Part shown: in pieces, positions 1 through 9,607 of the stretch
Numbering within the stretch: the first letter of the stretch is position 1
Layout: every line of letters starts with the position of its first letter
Origin: a virus
Reading direction: 5' to 3' (one strand)
IMG/VR virus record: IMGVR_UViG_3300013958_000126
Location: 1 to 64,000 of that record
DNA length: 64,000 nt
Notes under the pieces: generated by a model
Database searches by the model: none
The model's input: the letters and a program-made list of their open reading frames with translations, nothing else
Told to the model about the DNA's origin: nothing
Position numbers and translations under genes: made by a program

Positions 1-23
1 AAAATTCTATTGCCGCAGGCAAT
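1..23 (-). terminator. Candidate intrinsic terminator downstream of hydA: hairpin ATTGCC-TGC-GGCAAT (9-23) followed on the minus strand by AGAATTTT
   Basis: Perfect 6-bp inverted repeat with 3-nt loop at 9-23; U-rich run follows on the transcribed (minus) strand; lies ~85 nt beyond hydA stop. Confidence 0.35.
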
Positions 24-105
24 CTGGAATGAATTTTGGCTACGTTACTGTGAACGGAGTGAACAGTAATGACATATTGTTACTGTCAGGCATCACAGAT
101 GTTCC

Positions 106-1794
106 TTAATAGGAATCATTGTGAAGCAGATGATGCTCTTTGCCTTTCAGAAGTCCGTTGTAAAGTTCCAGAACTAACGGGTTTTCATCGGATTTCTTAA
201 TGATAGTTGTATTATCTGCATTATACAGGCCCTTAGCTCTCAGAGCTTTGGTTCTGTCGCCGGATCTTGTCGGCTGTCCGCCACCCATGATACATCCGCG
301 GCGACATGCCATGATCTCGATCAGATGATATTCTTTCTCACCATTCTTAACCTGTTCCATAACGGTTCTTGCATTTGCAAGGCCGCTGGCAACACAGATA
401 TTAAGGTTCATTCCTTCATAAGGAACTGTAAATTCCTTGATTCCCTCATCTCCACGAACACCGCATTCTGCGATCTCATGCATGGTTTCTTTGCTGTGAT
501 CCGGAGTCAGGCGGCGGAGAACTGCTTCTGTAACACCTCCTGTAACACCGAAGATAACACCACCACCGGAGCCGAAGCCAAACGGCATATCACAGGCTTC
601 CGGACCAAGAGTTGCAAAGTCAAGCCCAAAGTTATCGATCATGCGGAGCAGCTCTGTAGTTGTAATAACGATATCTGTATCCTGTTCACCGTCTGTGAAG
701 CTGTTCGGACGAACTGCTTCTGCCTTCTTGGCTGTACATGGCATAATAGAAATCATAACTGTTTTCTTGCCGCCGGCATGTTCCGGATCGCGGAAGTACT
801 CTTTGATTACTGCTGAGAGCATTCCCTGTGGAGAACGGCAGGTAGAAAGATTAGGAATATACTCCTTGTATTGGTCTGTGATAAACTTCACCCATGCAGG
901 ACAGCAGGAAGTAAGAAGCGGAAGTTTCTCACCCTTCTTAATTCTGTCAAGGAACTCGGCACTCTCTTCCATAATAGTAAGGTCAGCACTGAATGAAGTA
1001 TCATAAACTTCATCGAATCCCATTCTGTGAAGTGCATTGACGATCTTACCCATAACACTCTTGCCTTTGGTCAGTCCATAATGATCACCTACTGCGACAC
1101 GTACTGCAGGAGCAATCTGAGCAACTACACGTATATTCGGATCAGCAAGTGCTTCCCATGCCTCGTCCATATGTGTCTTGATCGCAATAGCACCTGTTGG
1201 ACAATATACACGACACTGACCGCAGTTTACACATTCTGTCTCTGCGATTTTTTTGTTAAATGCAGGCATTACCATGGCCTCAGTTCCCCGGAATGCAAAT
1301 CCTAAAGCTCCGATTCCCTGAAGTTCTTCGCAGGCACGTACGCAGTTACCACACAGAATACATTTGTTTGGATCACGAACCAGAGAAGGAGAACTTGTAT
1401 CCAACTCATGATATTCCCTGGTATTTTTGAAACGGATTGTCTGTACGCCCAGCCTGTGTGCCAGTTCCTGAAGGACACACTCACCACTCTTAACACAGGT
1501 TGTACAGTCACGACAATGTGCTGCAAGCAATAATTCTACAATTAGTTTTCTGTATTTCTTGACTCTTCCGGAATTGGTATAGATCACCATTCCATCTCTT
1601 GGCTGTTCAGAACATGAGGCAAATGTTTTTCCCCTCTCGTCTTCAACTGTACATAAACGACAGGCACCAAAAGTGGATACCTCTGAGTGGTAGCACAGTG
1701 TCGGAATATTGATCCCTGCCTTGCGGATGACAGACAGGACATTTTTTTCATCGGTAAATTCTACCTTTCTACCGTCAATTATCATATGGCCCAT
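106..1794 (-). CDS. hydA: [FeFe] hydrogenase catalytic subunit (HydA/HndD-type, NADH/ferredoxin-dependent bifurcating hydrogenase large subunit)
   Basis: 562 aa; N-terminal 2Fe-2S and 4Fe-4S ferredoxin Cys clusters; H-cluster motifs TSCCPAW, MPCTAKK, EIMACRRGCIMGGGQP read directly in translation. Confidence 0.9.
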   Translation of the reverse strand: MGHMIIDGRKVEFTDEKNVLSVIRKAGINIPTLCYHSEVSTFGACRLCTVEDERGKTFASCSEQPRDGMVIYTNSGRVKKYRKLIVELLLAAHCRDCTTCVKSGECVLQELAHRLGVQTIRFKNTREYHELDTSSPSLVRDPNKCILCGNCVRACEELQGIGALGFAFRGTEAMVMPAFNKKIAETECVNCGQCRVYCPTGAIAIKTHMDEAWEALADPNIRVVAQIAPAVRVAVGDHYGLTKGKSVMGKIVNALHRMGFDEVYDTSFSADLTIMEESAEFLDRIKKGEKLPLLTSCCPAWVKFITDQYKEYIPNLSTCRSPQGMLSAVIKEYFRDPEHAGGKKTVMISIMPCTAKKAEAVRPNSFTDGEQDTDIVITTTELLRMIDNFGLDFATLGPEACDMPFGFGSGGGVIFGVTGGVTEAVLRRLTPDHSKETMHEIAECGVRGDEGIKEFTVPYEGMNLNICVASGLANARTVMEQVKNGEKEYHLIEIMACRRGCIMGGGQPTRSGDRTKALRAKGLYNADNTTIIKKSDENPLVLELYNGLLKGKEHHLLHNDSY

Positions 1795-1809
1795 AGTGTA
1801 TCCTCCCTT

Positions 1810-3687
1810 CTATGCTTCCACATATACTGCATCAAAGTTACAGTTGTCCTTACATGCACCGCATTTGATACAGATGTCGTTATCAATGTGATATGGATGT
1901 TTAATCTTACCTGAGATCGCGCCTGCCGGACAGTTCTTTGCGCATTTCCCGCAGCCAATACAGAACTCAGGGTTGATGTGGAACTGACGAAGAGCAGTAC
2001 ATACTTTTGCACGGCATTTCTTATCGCGGATATGTTCCTCATATTCATCGCGGAAGCGTTTGAGAGTACTGATAACAGGAAGAGGTGCACTCTTGCCAAG
2101 TCCGCACAGAGCCATGTTCTGAACCATATTTGCAAGCTCTTCCAGCTCATCCAGATCGGACATCTCACCCTTTCCATCTACGATCCTCTCCAGGATCTCC
2201 AGCATACGTTTGGTACCCTCACGGCACGGTACACATTTACCGCAGCTCTCACGCTGGGTGAAGTTCATAAAGAATCTGGCAACCTCAACCATACAGGTAT
2301 TCTCGTCCATAACTACCAGACCACCGGATCCCATAATCGCATCTAATTTTTTGACAGAATCAAAATCAAGAGGTGCATCCAGCTGGTCAAGGATCAGACA
2401 TCCGCCGGACGGACCGCCGATCTGGACACCTTTAAATGCGGCGCCACTCTTTAAGCCACCACCGATATCATAGATAATGTGGCGGAGTGTGGTTCCCATA
2501 GGAACCTCTATCAGACGGGTATTCTCGATAGAACCGGTCAGTGAGAAGGTTTTAGTTCCGGGGCTTCCCTCTGTACCGATGGTGCGGAACCAGTCTGCTC
2601 CCTGAAGAATAATCTTCGGTACATTAGCATAGGTTTCTACATTATTAAGAACTGTAGGCTTACCCCACAGACCTTTCTCTACTGTACGGGGCGGTTTTAC
2701 ACGAGGCATACCTCTGTTACCCTCGATAGATGCGGTAAGTGCCGAACCTTCTCCACATACGAAAGCTCCGGCACCTCTGTTGATATGTAAATGGAAGTTT
2801 ACACCGGAATTTAAAATATTATCACCTAACAGGCCATATTTTTCTGCCTGTTCAATCGCCATCCTAAGTCTCTTTACAGAAAGAGGATACTCTGCACGAA
2901 CATAAATATATCCATTCTCCGCACCGACTGCGTAGGCTGCAATAGTCATACCTTCGATCATCTTATATGGATCACCTTCCATGACGGAACCATCCATAAA
3001 TGCACCGGGATCACCCTCATCACCATTACATACAACATAGCGGGTTTTCTCTGCCTGGCGTGCAACCTGAGACCATTTCTTGCCTGCCGGGAATCCTGCA
3101 CCGCCACGACCGCGAAGCCCGGATTTAGTTACTTCATCAATAACTTCCTGCGGGGACATACTTCCCATCACTTTTGCAAGTGCCTGATAGCCTCCCACAG
3201 CAATATACTCTTCGATAGATTCCGCATCGATTTTTCCACAGTTTTCAAGAACGATACGTGTCTGTTGATTTAAGAAAGGAATATCATCAGGATGTGGACA
3301 GACTGTATTATTATCTCGATAAAACAGCCTCTCTACAGGTTTTCCTTCCAATATAGTTCTCTCCACAATTTCCTTACAGTCTTCCGGCTGTACGTGAACA
3401 TACTGATAATCATATGGTTCAATTCTCATCAGAGGTCCAAGTTCACATAAGCCCTGGCACCCTGTTTTGATCACGCCTACATGAGGCACATCCTTCTGCA
3501 TTTCAACTGTTACTCCATCAATTCTCTCACAGAGTACTGACATCTCTTCATAAATCTTCTGCGCTCCGGATGCGATACATCCGGTACCTGAACAGACAAG
3601 AACGCGGCAGGTATAAGATTTAATCTGCTCATTTACTTCAGCCTGCTTATTTAACAGGTCTTCTTTACTCTTAATACTCATACGCAC
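1810..3687 (-). CDS. hydB: NADH-binding flavoprotein subunit of bifurcating hydrogenase (NuoF/HndC-like)
   Basis: 625 aa; GRGGAGFPAGKKW FMN/NADH motif, ESCGKCVPCREG 4Fe-4S motif, C-terminal 2x[4Fe-4S] ferredoxin CxxCxxCxxxCP repeats; overlaps hydC start by 10 nt (operon). Confidence 0.9.
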   Translation of the reverse strand: MRMSIKSKEDLLNKQAEVNEQIKSYTCRVLVCSGTGCIASGAQKIYEEMSVLCERIDGVTVEMQKDVPHVGVIKTGCQGLCELGPLMRIEPYDYQYVHVQPEDCKEIVERTILEGKPVERLFYRDNNTVCPHPDDIPFLNQQTRIVLENCGKIDAESIEEYIAVGGYQALAKVMGSMSPQEVIDEVTKSGLRGRGGAGFPAGKKWSQVARQAEKTRYVVCNGDEGDPGAFMDGSVMEGDPYKMIEGMTIAAYAVGAENGYIYVRAEYPLSVKRLRMAIEQAEKYGLLGDNILNSGVNFHLHINRGAGAFVCGEGSALTASIEGNRGMPRVKPPRTVEKGLWGKPTVLNNVETYANVPKIILQGADWFRTIGTEGSPGTKTFSLTGSIENTRLIEVPMGTTLRHIIYDIGGGLKSGAAFKGVQIGGPSGGCLILDQLDAPLDFDSVKKLDAIMGSGGLVVMDENTCMVEVARFFMNFTQRESCGKCVPCREGTKRMLEILERIVDGKGEMSDLDELEELANMVQNMALCGLGKSAPLPVISTLKRFRDEYEEHIRDKKCRAKVCTALRQFHINPEFCIGCGKCAKNCPAGAISGKIKHPYHIDNDICIKCGACKDNCNFDAVYVEA

Positions 3688-4157
3688 TCTCCTCTCAGTT
3701 TATTCAAAAGTTCTACAGCTTTCTCAGGAGTCATCTTCGGATGTACTTCATCATTGACAGTCAGTGTGGGGGCAAGTCCACATGCACCCAGACAGGATAC
3801 TGTTTCTACGGTAAAAAGCATGTCATCTGTAGTGTGTTTCTTGTTGCTCAGTCCAAGTTCCTTCATCAAAGCCTCTTTTACAGGCATGGATTTTCTCACA
3901 TGACAGGCTGTTCCGTCACACACTTTAATGACATATTTCCCTTTCGGCTCAAAAGAAAAATTCTCATAGAATGTGGCTACACTGTAGGCCTTGGCTTCTT
4001 TTACTCCGATTTCTTTCGCTACATAAGTCAGCAATTCTCCCGGCAGGTAACGATATTCCGCCTGAATATCCTGCATGATCGGAATCAGCGATGCTGCTGT
4101 ACGTCCGTAGTGCTCGATGATCTCATCCGCTTTTCTGTAATAAGACTGGTCTAACAT
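3678..4157 (-). CDS. hydC: NuoE-like 2Fe-2S thioredoxin-fold subunit of hydrogenase (HydC/HndA)
   Basis: 159 aa; CDGTACHVRKS ... CLGACGLAP cysteine pattern of NuoE family; strong SD (AAGGAGGGAAC) upstream of ATG at 4157. Confidence 0.85.
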   Translation of the reverse strand: MLDQSYYRKADEIIEHYGRTAASLIPIMQDIQAEYRYLPGELLTYVAKEIGVKEAKAYSVATFYENFSFEPKGKYVIKVCDGTACHVRKSMPVKEALMKELGLSNKKHTTDDMLFTVETVSCLGACGLAPTLTVNDEVHPKMTPEKAVELLNKLRGECV

Positions 4158-4321
4158 TCGGTTCCCTCCTTAAATAGTAATTTTGATACATCGGTTTTAA
4201 TATAGTACCGATATATCGATTCCCACGCAGCTTTAGTTATTTTTAACATATGTGCTGTTGATATTATACATTATATAGTTGTTTTGCACAATATCATTTT
4301 TGAAATTTTCTGAAATTAATT

Positions 4322-4338
4322 TATAACAATTTGTTATA
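4322..4338. promoter_or_regulatory. Perfect 8-bp inverted repeat TATAACAA-T-TTGTTATA in AT-rich region between hyd operon start and integrase
   Basis: Seen directly; candidate operator / recombination-site element. Confidence 0.3.
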
Positions 4339-4577
4339 GATGTATAGTATTCATAAATGTATATAAATGAAAAGCAATTTCTTTAACAGGGTTGTTAATT
4401 TAATAGCAATATCAAAACAAAAAAAGATCATTGAAAAGAATATTATCTTCTTCTCAATGACCTTTCTGGAAATGGCTGCATTATTTAATTTCATGTTCCT
4501 CATGGAAATGCTTATATTTTTCTATAAGTCGTTTATAGGTCCCTGTAAAATCAATGATTTTAATGTGCTAATACTGA

Positions 4578-4600
4578 TTTTACACCATTTTTACACCATT
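4578..4600. repeat. Tandem direct repeat TTTTACACCATT x2 immediately adjacent to integrase 3' end (candidate att/arm-type site)
   Basis: Two copies at 4578-4589 and 4589-4600, 7 nt from integrase stop. Confidence 0.3.
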
Positions 4601-4606
4601 CTATAG

Positions 4607-5815
4607 TTAGCTGATTTTTTGGAATGCTCTGCACGTATTTATATCATTCATCGTACTTTCTAACAACTTAATGTCACTCATTTTTTTATCACTTAAAACT
4701 TCTGTATAGATATCCATGGTCATCTGAATATTTGTATGTCCAAGATATGATTGTACTGTCTTTGGTGGGATTCCTGCCTCAAAACAGCGTGTGGCAAATG
4801 TGTGTCTAAATGTATGCGCACTAAATTTTGGCATCAGAGGCTGATTTTGAGATGCTCTAATTTTATTAACATTATTTCTTACTGTACGTATCGAACTACC
4901 AAGTACTTCATCCATCAAGGGTCTATTATTTCTTGTCACGAAAAGGAGCTTACCAAGAACGTCAGAGTCATAATCAATCGGTGGCAATGTATTGAGCTGC
5001 TGTACTTGATCTTCAATTGCTTTTCTGCATATGGAATTCATCGGTACGGTTCTTATACTGGATTTAGTTTTTGGTATGCTGATTTTGTATCCTAAAAAAT
5101 CATCTTTTGAAGATTTTCTAAAATAAGTTAAAGTTTTAGTAACATTTATAGTATTATTTTCAAAATCAATATCATCTAAAGTAAGCGCTCTCAGTTCTCC
5201 TGAGCGAAGTCCTGTATTAACTGCGACAACATATAGATTATAATAGAAGCATCCTTTCGCCATAAAGAAGAAATCTCTTTGATCCTCACGGGATAAGGTA
5301 ACGATTTTTCTTTTGTCAGTTCCGATTATTTTTATGCCTTTTGCCGGGTTTTTAGTACATAAATCATTATCCATAGCATAAGAGAATAAATCGCACAAAA
5401 CTGTACGTATATTATTGACTGTACTTTTATGTAACCTTTTACCCAGCCCGTTAAGTAAATCTGTTACCATCAATTTAGTAATTGATGACAATGGCAATCT
5501 ACCTAGTACAGGTTTTATATAGCAATGGTATGTACGTATATATATTCTAATTGTACTTGGCTTCAGAACAGGTTCTTTATATACCCTCATCCACTTTTCA
5601 TACCACTGATCCAAAGTCATACTGGAGTCTACTACATTATTCTTACTGTAATTATCTACAACTTCACTCATTAATGCATTTTTAACTTCTTTTAAAGTTA
5701 TCCCGTATACGCATCTACGTTTCCCGAACCTATCTGTAAATCGGGCTTGATATCTACCGTCCTTTCTCTGTGAAATGCCCTTTCCGAGTTCTTTACCTTT
5801 TAAATCTTTTCCCAT
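4607..5815 (-). CDS. int: Tyrosine-type site-specific integrase (phage integrase family)
   Basis: 402 aa; C-terminal catalytic signature HTFRHTFAT ... GHTNIQMTMDIYTEV (R-H-R-Y family), N-terminal basic arm-binding region; sits at host/element GC boundary. Confidence 0.85.
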   Translation of the reverse strand: MGKDLKGKELGKGISQRKDGRYQARFTDRFGKRRCVYGITLKEVKNALMSEVVDNYSKNNVVDSSMTLDQWYEKWMRVYKEPVLKPSTIRIYIRTYHCYIKPVLGRLPLSSITKLMVTDLLNGLGKRLHKSTVNNIRTVLCDLFSYAMDNDLCTKNPAKGIKIIGTDKRKIVTLSREDQRDFFFMAKGCFYYNLYVVAVNTGLRSGELRALTLDDIDFENNTINVTKTLTYFRKSSKDDFLGYKISIPKTKSSIRTVPMNSICRKAIEDQVQQLNTLPPIDYDSDVLGKLLFVTRNNRPLMDEVLGSSIRTVRNNVNKIRASQNQPLMPKFSAHTFRHTFATRCFEAGIPPKTVQSYLGHTNIQMTMDIYTEVLSDKKMSDIKLLESTMNDINTCRAFQKIS

Positions 5816-5899
5816 TATACATCATCCTTTCAAAAAGTCCGTATGTACAATGAGGCAATTTTCTACATTAATCATATCATACATACGGACTTCTTTCAA

Positions 5900-6091
5900 T
5901 TATAAATAGACAATGCTATCTAAATATTTTTCAAACTTCTGTCTTTTTATCAGACACCTGTTACCGGAGTACATGACAAAAGTACATCCCGGTTCTTTAA
6001 CAAGCTCACGTAGCTTATTCTTTCCTATATTAAAGTATTGAGCGGCCTCATCTATAGTTAGAGCATATTTCTCAGATAATGCGATCATCAT
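5900..6091 (-). CDS. xis: Excisionase/helix-turn-helix DNA-binding protein (Xis-like)
   Basis: 63 aa, adjacent upstream of int; sequence pattern of excisionase-family HTH (LTIDEAAQYFNIGKNKLRELV). Confidence 0.55.
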   Translation of the reverse strand: MMIALSEKYALTIDEAAQYFNIGKNKLRELVKEPGCTFVMYSGNRCLIKRQKFEKYLDSIVYL

Positions 6092-6323
6092 CTTCTACTT
6101 TCCAAAATCCAAGTTGATGCTCCAAATCTTCTATTAATTTAGTATTGTCACTCTGAATTACTACCTCAATTGTTTTTGGAAGTTCAAATGATAACACTCC
6201 TAAAATAGATTTAAGATCTATAATATATCTTCCAAATTTTCCATCAATATCGCAATCTTTAAACTTATTTGCAATAGATACAACAGCCGTAGCATCTGCT
6301 GAATTATTTAGTCGAATTTTCAT
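6072..6323 (-). CDS. Hypothetical protein
   Basis: 83-aa ORF, same strand and tight spacing with neighbours. Confidence 0.4.
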   Translation of the reverse strand: MKIRLNNSADATAVVSIANKFKDCDIDGKFGRYIIDLKSILGVLSFELPKTIEVVIQSDNTKLIEDLEHQLGFWKVEDDDRII

Positions 6324-6591
6324 AGTTATCCTTTCTTTTTATCAAATAAAATGATATACTATGCATGGTTGTATTTGATGTATAGCATTCATACATATAA
6401 CCATACACATTTTTCTTTAAAGAGGCACTAACCATATACGGAGTGCCTCTTTTTTTACTTTTAATCATCATATTCCCATTCACGAGTGTGTCTATTATAA
6501 TGACTATTCGCTTTGCACCGGAAGTCATGTTGAGCAGGATCCCCTTTAATAAGTGGACACTCATTACAATGGACACGATTATTTTTATCAT
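6304..6591 (-). CDS. Hypothetical protein
   Basis: 95-aa ORF in AT-rich stretch. Confidence 0.3.
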   Translation of the reverse strand: MIKIIVSIVMSVHLLKGILLNMTSGAKRIVIIIDTLVNGNMMIKSKKRGTPYMVSASLKKNVYGYMYECYTSNTTMHSISFYLIKRKDNYENSTK

Positions 6592-6642
6592 ATGCGCTAT
6601 ATTTTTCGCATATAGCCTTTTCTTTGTCTGTTGTAAGCATAG

Positions 6643-6948
6643 TTACACGTCTTCATCCTGTGGCATTTCAAATGTATTGGTTTCTTCTAGTGCAGCAAGT
6701 ACATTATTCATAGATGAAATAGTTAAACCCATATTATTACTTGAATAAAATACATTCATAGAATGCCATTTATCATTTTGTTTTCTTAATTTATTCAATA
6801 CATTATGTGCTTTTTTAGAAGAAGAATATTCTCCAAGTAATACAGAACTATTTGCATATTTCATACGAATCTGATTTCCATTATATATAGAAAATGTCTT
6901 TCCAGATGCATCTAAATAATTTTCTTGATTTTGACTTCTGATCCACAT
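6643..6948 (-). CDS. Hypothetical protein
   Basis: 101-aa ORF. Confidence 0.4.
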   Translation of the reverse strand: MWIRSQNQENYLDASGKTFSIYNGNQIRMKYANSSVLLGEYSSSKKAHNVLNKLRKQNDKWHSMNVFYSSNNMGLTISSMNNVLAALEETNTFEMPQDEDV

Positions 6949-6957
6949 AAAACCCTC

Positions 6958-7494
6958 CTATTTATTCTCTGTTGTACTTCCAAATCCGCCATTTCGTACT
7001 CCTGCAGCTTCATCATCAATAGTAATACCATATTCAACAAAAATACCCTGAGCGAATCCTTCTCCGCGAAGTACATTAAGAGTTTTCCATGGTCTTTTAC
7101 TATCATTAGTAACTTTAATAAAGATATGACCTTCATTATCAGAATCATAGTAATCACTGTCGATGATACCTACTGTATTATCAAGCTGCAGACGGTATTT
7201 GAATCCAAGGCCGCTTCTTGGATAGCATTTCAGTACCCATCCTTCATCAATCTTACATCTAATTCCAGTTGGCACTTTTACTGTTTCACCTGGTTTCATA
7301 TTAAGTGTAAGCGGTGTGAAGAAGTCATAACCGGCACTTCCTACTGTTGCTCTTTTAGGAAGTTCAATACTACCATAAATGCCTTCTATTTCACGTCTCG
7401 TGTCAGCATCAGAGGCGTCTAATTCGAATGTATCACACCAATCTTTCATGAATTCTTCTAAGCTCACTTTTTCAAACTTTGCTATTCTTTTCAT
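6958..7494 (-). CDS. dut: dUTP diphosphatase (dUTPase) with N-terminal extension
   Basis: 178 aa; dUTPase motifs GSAGYDF, RSGLG, GIIDSDY, GGFGSTT present. Confidence 0.85.
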   Translation of the reverse strand: MKRIAKFEKVSLEEFMKDWCDTFELDASDADTRREIEGIYGSIELPKRATVGSAGYDFFTPLTLNMKPGETVKVPTGIRCKIDEGWVLKCYPRSGLGFKYRLQLDNTVGIIDSDYYDSDNEGHIFIKVTNDSKRPWKTLNVLRGEGFAQGIFVEYGITIDDEAAGVRNGGFGSTTENK

Positions 7495-8183
7495 TTACAA
7501 ATCTCCTTTTTTAAATATTCAATATATTCATTCCATTCGCCTAATGAATGGATATATTCTTTAGTTTTTAAACATTTTTTCTTCATATCTTTTTTCAAAT
7601 CAATTGTCCTATACTGCTTACTTTTTTGAAGTTTATTGGTCAAAAAAGCATCAGTTACCCTAGAGACTAACAAGTAATCCTTACTGTCCATAGAATCCAA
7701 AATAGCGTTGTATTCTGCTAAATCTTCCTCAGAAATAGGGTAATCACATTTGGGTAAGTTCTTAGTCGAGAAAGGACTAATATCAGCTCCTGCAATCGCA
7801 GGTTTAAGAAAAAGTGCTATGTATTCTAACTTACGAGCATGGAACTTAAACTCTATTTCTTTGTCGTTTTCCATGATACTTCGTACAGTTCCTTCATCTT
7901 CAAGTGCCTTGTATAATTCTGCATAAGTTTCATATTCCGGTAATCCGAGATCATTGGCTATAGCTTTTAAAATATTGTGTCCTCTTCCTATAGATGGAAT
8001 GTAAGCTACAAGAGTAGAAAACCCATAATGATATATTTGAGCGCCGCCATAACACTTAATATAAATATCATCAAAGCTTGGATCTATTCCTCCAGAATCA
8101 TCTCTGGGATAATCATTGGTACTTTGATCTATCGCAGCTTTTAGTCTGTAAGTACCTTTATATTTCATTAGATATTTTGCCAT
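7491..8183 (-). CDS. Hypothetical protein
   Basis: 230-aa ORF, start overlaps dut stop. Confidence 0.5.
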   Translation of the reverse strand: MAKYLMKYKGTYRLKAAIDQSTNDYPRDDSGGIDPSFDDIYIKCYGGAQIYHYGFSTLVAYIPSIGRGHNILKAIANDLGLPEYETYAELYKALEDEGTVRSIMENDKEIEFKFHARKLEYIALFLKPAIAGADISPFSTKNLPKCDYPISEEDLAEYNAILDSMDSKDYLLVSRVTDAFLTNKLQKSKQYRTIDLKKDMKKKCLKTKEYIHSLGEWNEYIEYLKKEICK

Positions 8184-8374
8184 TTAAAAACCTCTTTAGA
8201 ATCAGTTCCTTTCTTAAATCCAAAGAACGGAACATCTTCTTTAAAAGTATAATCATCATTAATATAGTAACATGGATGCTTTTTTGTCTTTATAAAGAAG
8301 CATTCCTCTTGCGTTAACTCACAACAGTTAAATAAAAAATTTTCTCTATAATAATCACAATTGAGACAATTCAT
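8168..8374 (-). CDS. Small Cys-rich hypothetical protein
   Basis: 68 aa, CxxC-type cysteines. Confidence 0.35.
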   Translation of the reverse strand: MNCLNCDYYRENFLFNCCELTQEECFFIKTKKHPCYYINDDYTFKEDVPFFGFKKGTDSKEVFKWQNI

Positions 8375-8515
8375 TTTAGTTTTTTACTCCCTTTAACTCA
8401 TTAACAATGGTAACAAAAACGCCCATAAGCACCATGCTGAATGCGTGACTTCAATGCCTACAATTACTGCTAATGCAGTTGAAATCCATGCTGCTGCTTT
8501 TGCAAATTCCATATC

Positions 8516-8758
8516 CTAATTCTCCTTCAATACCATAATTACTGCATCACAGATACCAATAATTCTTTGAAATTTTTCATCCTTCATACAAGCATTTACG
8601 CTAGATATCTCATATCCATTTTTCGCAAGCTCTTTTATTTCAGACATCCATTCAACAACAATGTTACTACCGGATTTTTCCTGAGACGTTTTTTTATCTG
8701 GTGGTGATACGTAAGGCAATTGTTGCGGCCTTCCTGGTGTCATATCTGCTTCCTCCAT
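8516..8758 (-). CDS. Hypothetical protein
   Basis: 80-aa ORF. Confidence 0.35.
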   Translation of the reverse strand: MEEADMTPGRPQQLPYVSPPDKKTSQEKSGSNIVVEWMSEIKELAKNGYEISSVNACMKDEKFQRIIGICDAVIMVLKEN

Positions 8759-8796
8759 TAATTTAATATAATTCCTTTAATGTTTTTATCATAATT

Positions 8797-9372
8797 TTAA
8801 TTCTCCTTTATGCTTTCCATAAGTTCACTACGAATTTCATTATACATTTTATGTAACTTAGGATTAACAAAAGTCATCCATTCTCGCCGTTTATCCTGTA
8901 TCATAAGTGCTCTCAACATGGTCCCAGAGATGGGTAATTCTTCACGATTAATGATTAATTCGGTTGTGTTCTTTAAATCTTTCTTGTCGAACCATCCACT
9001 CCGGCTATCATCATTACCATAAATCATTACATCTGGATTTTTATAAATATATCGATCTGCATTTTGAAGAAGATATCTACCCCAATCTGGTGTGATATCA
9101 TTTTCATCAGTAAGGTCTGATAATGCATAAATCATAATGTTTGGATCATCACCATATACTTCACGTATCATCTTGATTCTAGTATTAACATTCAAAGGAT
9201 TACGTTTTGTCCCACATTCTTGTGCACTGCCAACAAGAATAAGCATCCGATCACAAAGCAATAACCCAGTATCAATAAGTTTTTCATGGCCTTTGTGGAA
9301 CGTTTGAAAACGCCCACAAACAAGCCCAACATCATATGGTTTCATGTTATTTCTTCTCCTCTTTAATTCCAA
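8797..9372 (-). CDS. nadM: Nicotinamide/nicotinate mononucleotide adenylyltransferase (NadM-type NMNAT)
   Basis: 191 aa; cytidylyltransferase-fold signature GRFQTFHKGH (HxGH) as in archaeal/phage NMNATs. Confidence 0.75.
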   Translation of the reverse strand: MELKRRRNNMKPYDVGLVCGRFQTFHKGHEKLIDTGLLLCDRMLILVGSAQECGTKRNPLNVNTRIKMIREVYGDDPNIMIYALSDLTDENDITPDWGRYLLQNADRYIYKNPDVMIYGNDDSRSGWFDKKDLKNTTELIINREELPISGTMLRALMIQDKRREWMTFVNPKLHKMYNEIRSELMESIKEN

Positions 9373-9607
9373 GTGTATAAATAAATGTTACTAAGAACAC
9401 AATGGAAAAAGCGATATATATAATAATTGCTGCAGGAATAGTAAATATAACTGTAAGAAATATATATATCTTACCGAACCAATTTTTATTTTGGGACCAC
9501 TTTTTATATTCTTTTATTGGTAATAATTCATCAATTGCACAATTAATTATTAAAATTGTTGTGAAAAGAATTTCGATTAACAAGAATGATATAAATATGT
9601 TCTCCAT
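9347..9607 (-). CDS. Small membrane protein
   Basis: 86 aa, two hydrophobic helices. Confidence 0.4.
   Translation of the reverse strand: MENIFISFLLIEILFTTILIINCAIDELLPIKEYKKWSQNKNWFGKIYIFLTVIFTIPAAIIIYIAFSIVFLVTFIYTLGIKEEKK

Noticed and set aside
325-1006. Plus-strand ORFs (325-816, 641-1006 and similar throughout the track) embedded antisense in strongly supported minus-strand genes
   Set aside because: They fully overlap genes with clear catalytic motifs (hydA, hydB, nrdD, helicase, polymerase and others), have Cys/Phe/Leu-rich compositions typical of antisense frames, and lack SD sequences. Treated as spurious for the entire window.
1782-2177. 131-aa minus-strand ORF overlapping hydB in another frame
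   Set aside because: Entirely inside hydB coding sequence; no independent support
4322-4338. Possibility that the palindrome is a Rex (redox repressor) operator for the hyd operon
   Set aside because: Half-site order (AACAA-T-TTGTT) is inverted relative to the Firmicutes Rex consensus TTGTTAA-N4-TTAACAA; kept only as a generic operator/att candidate
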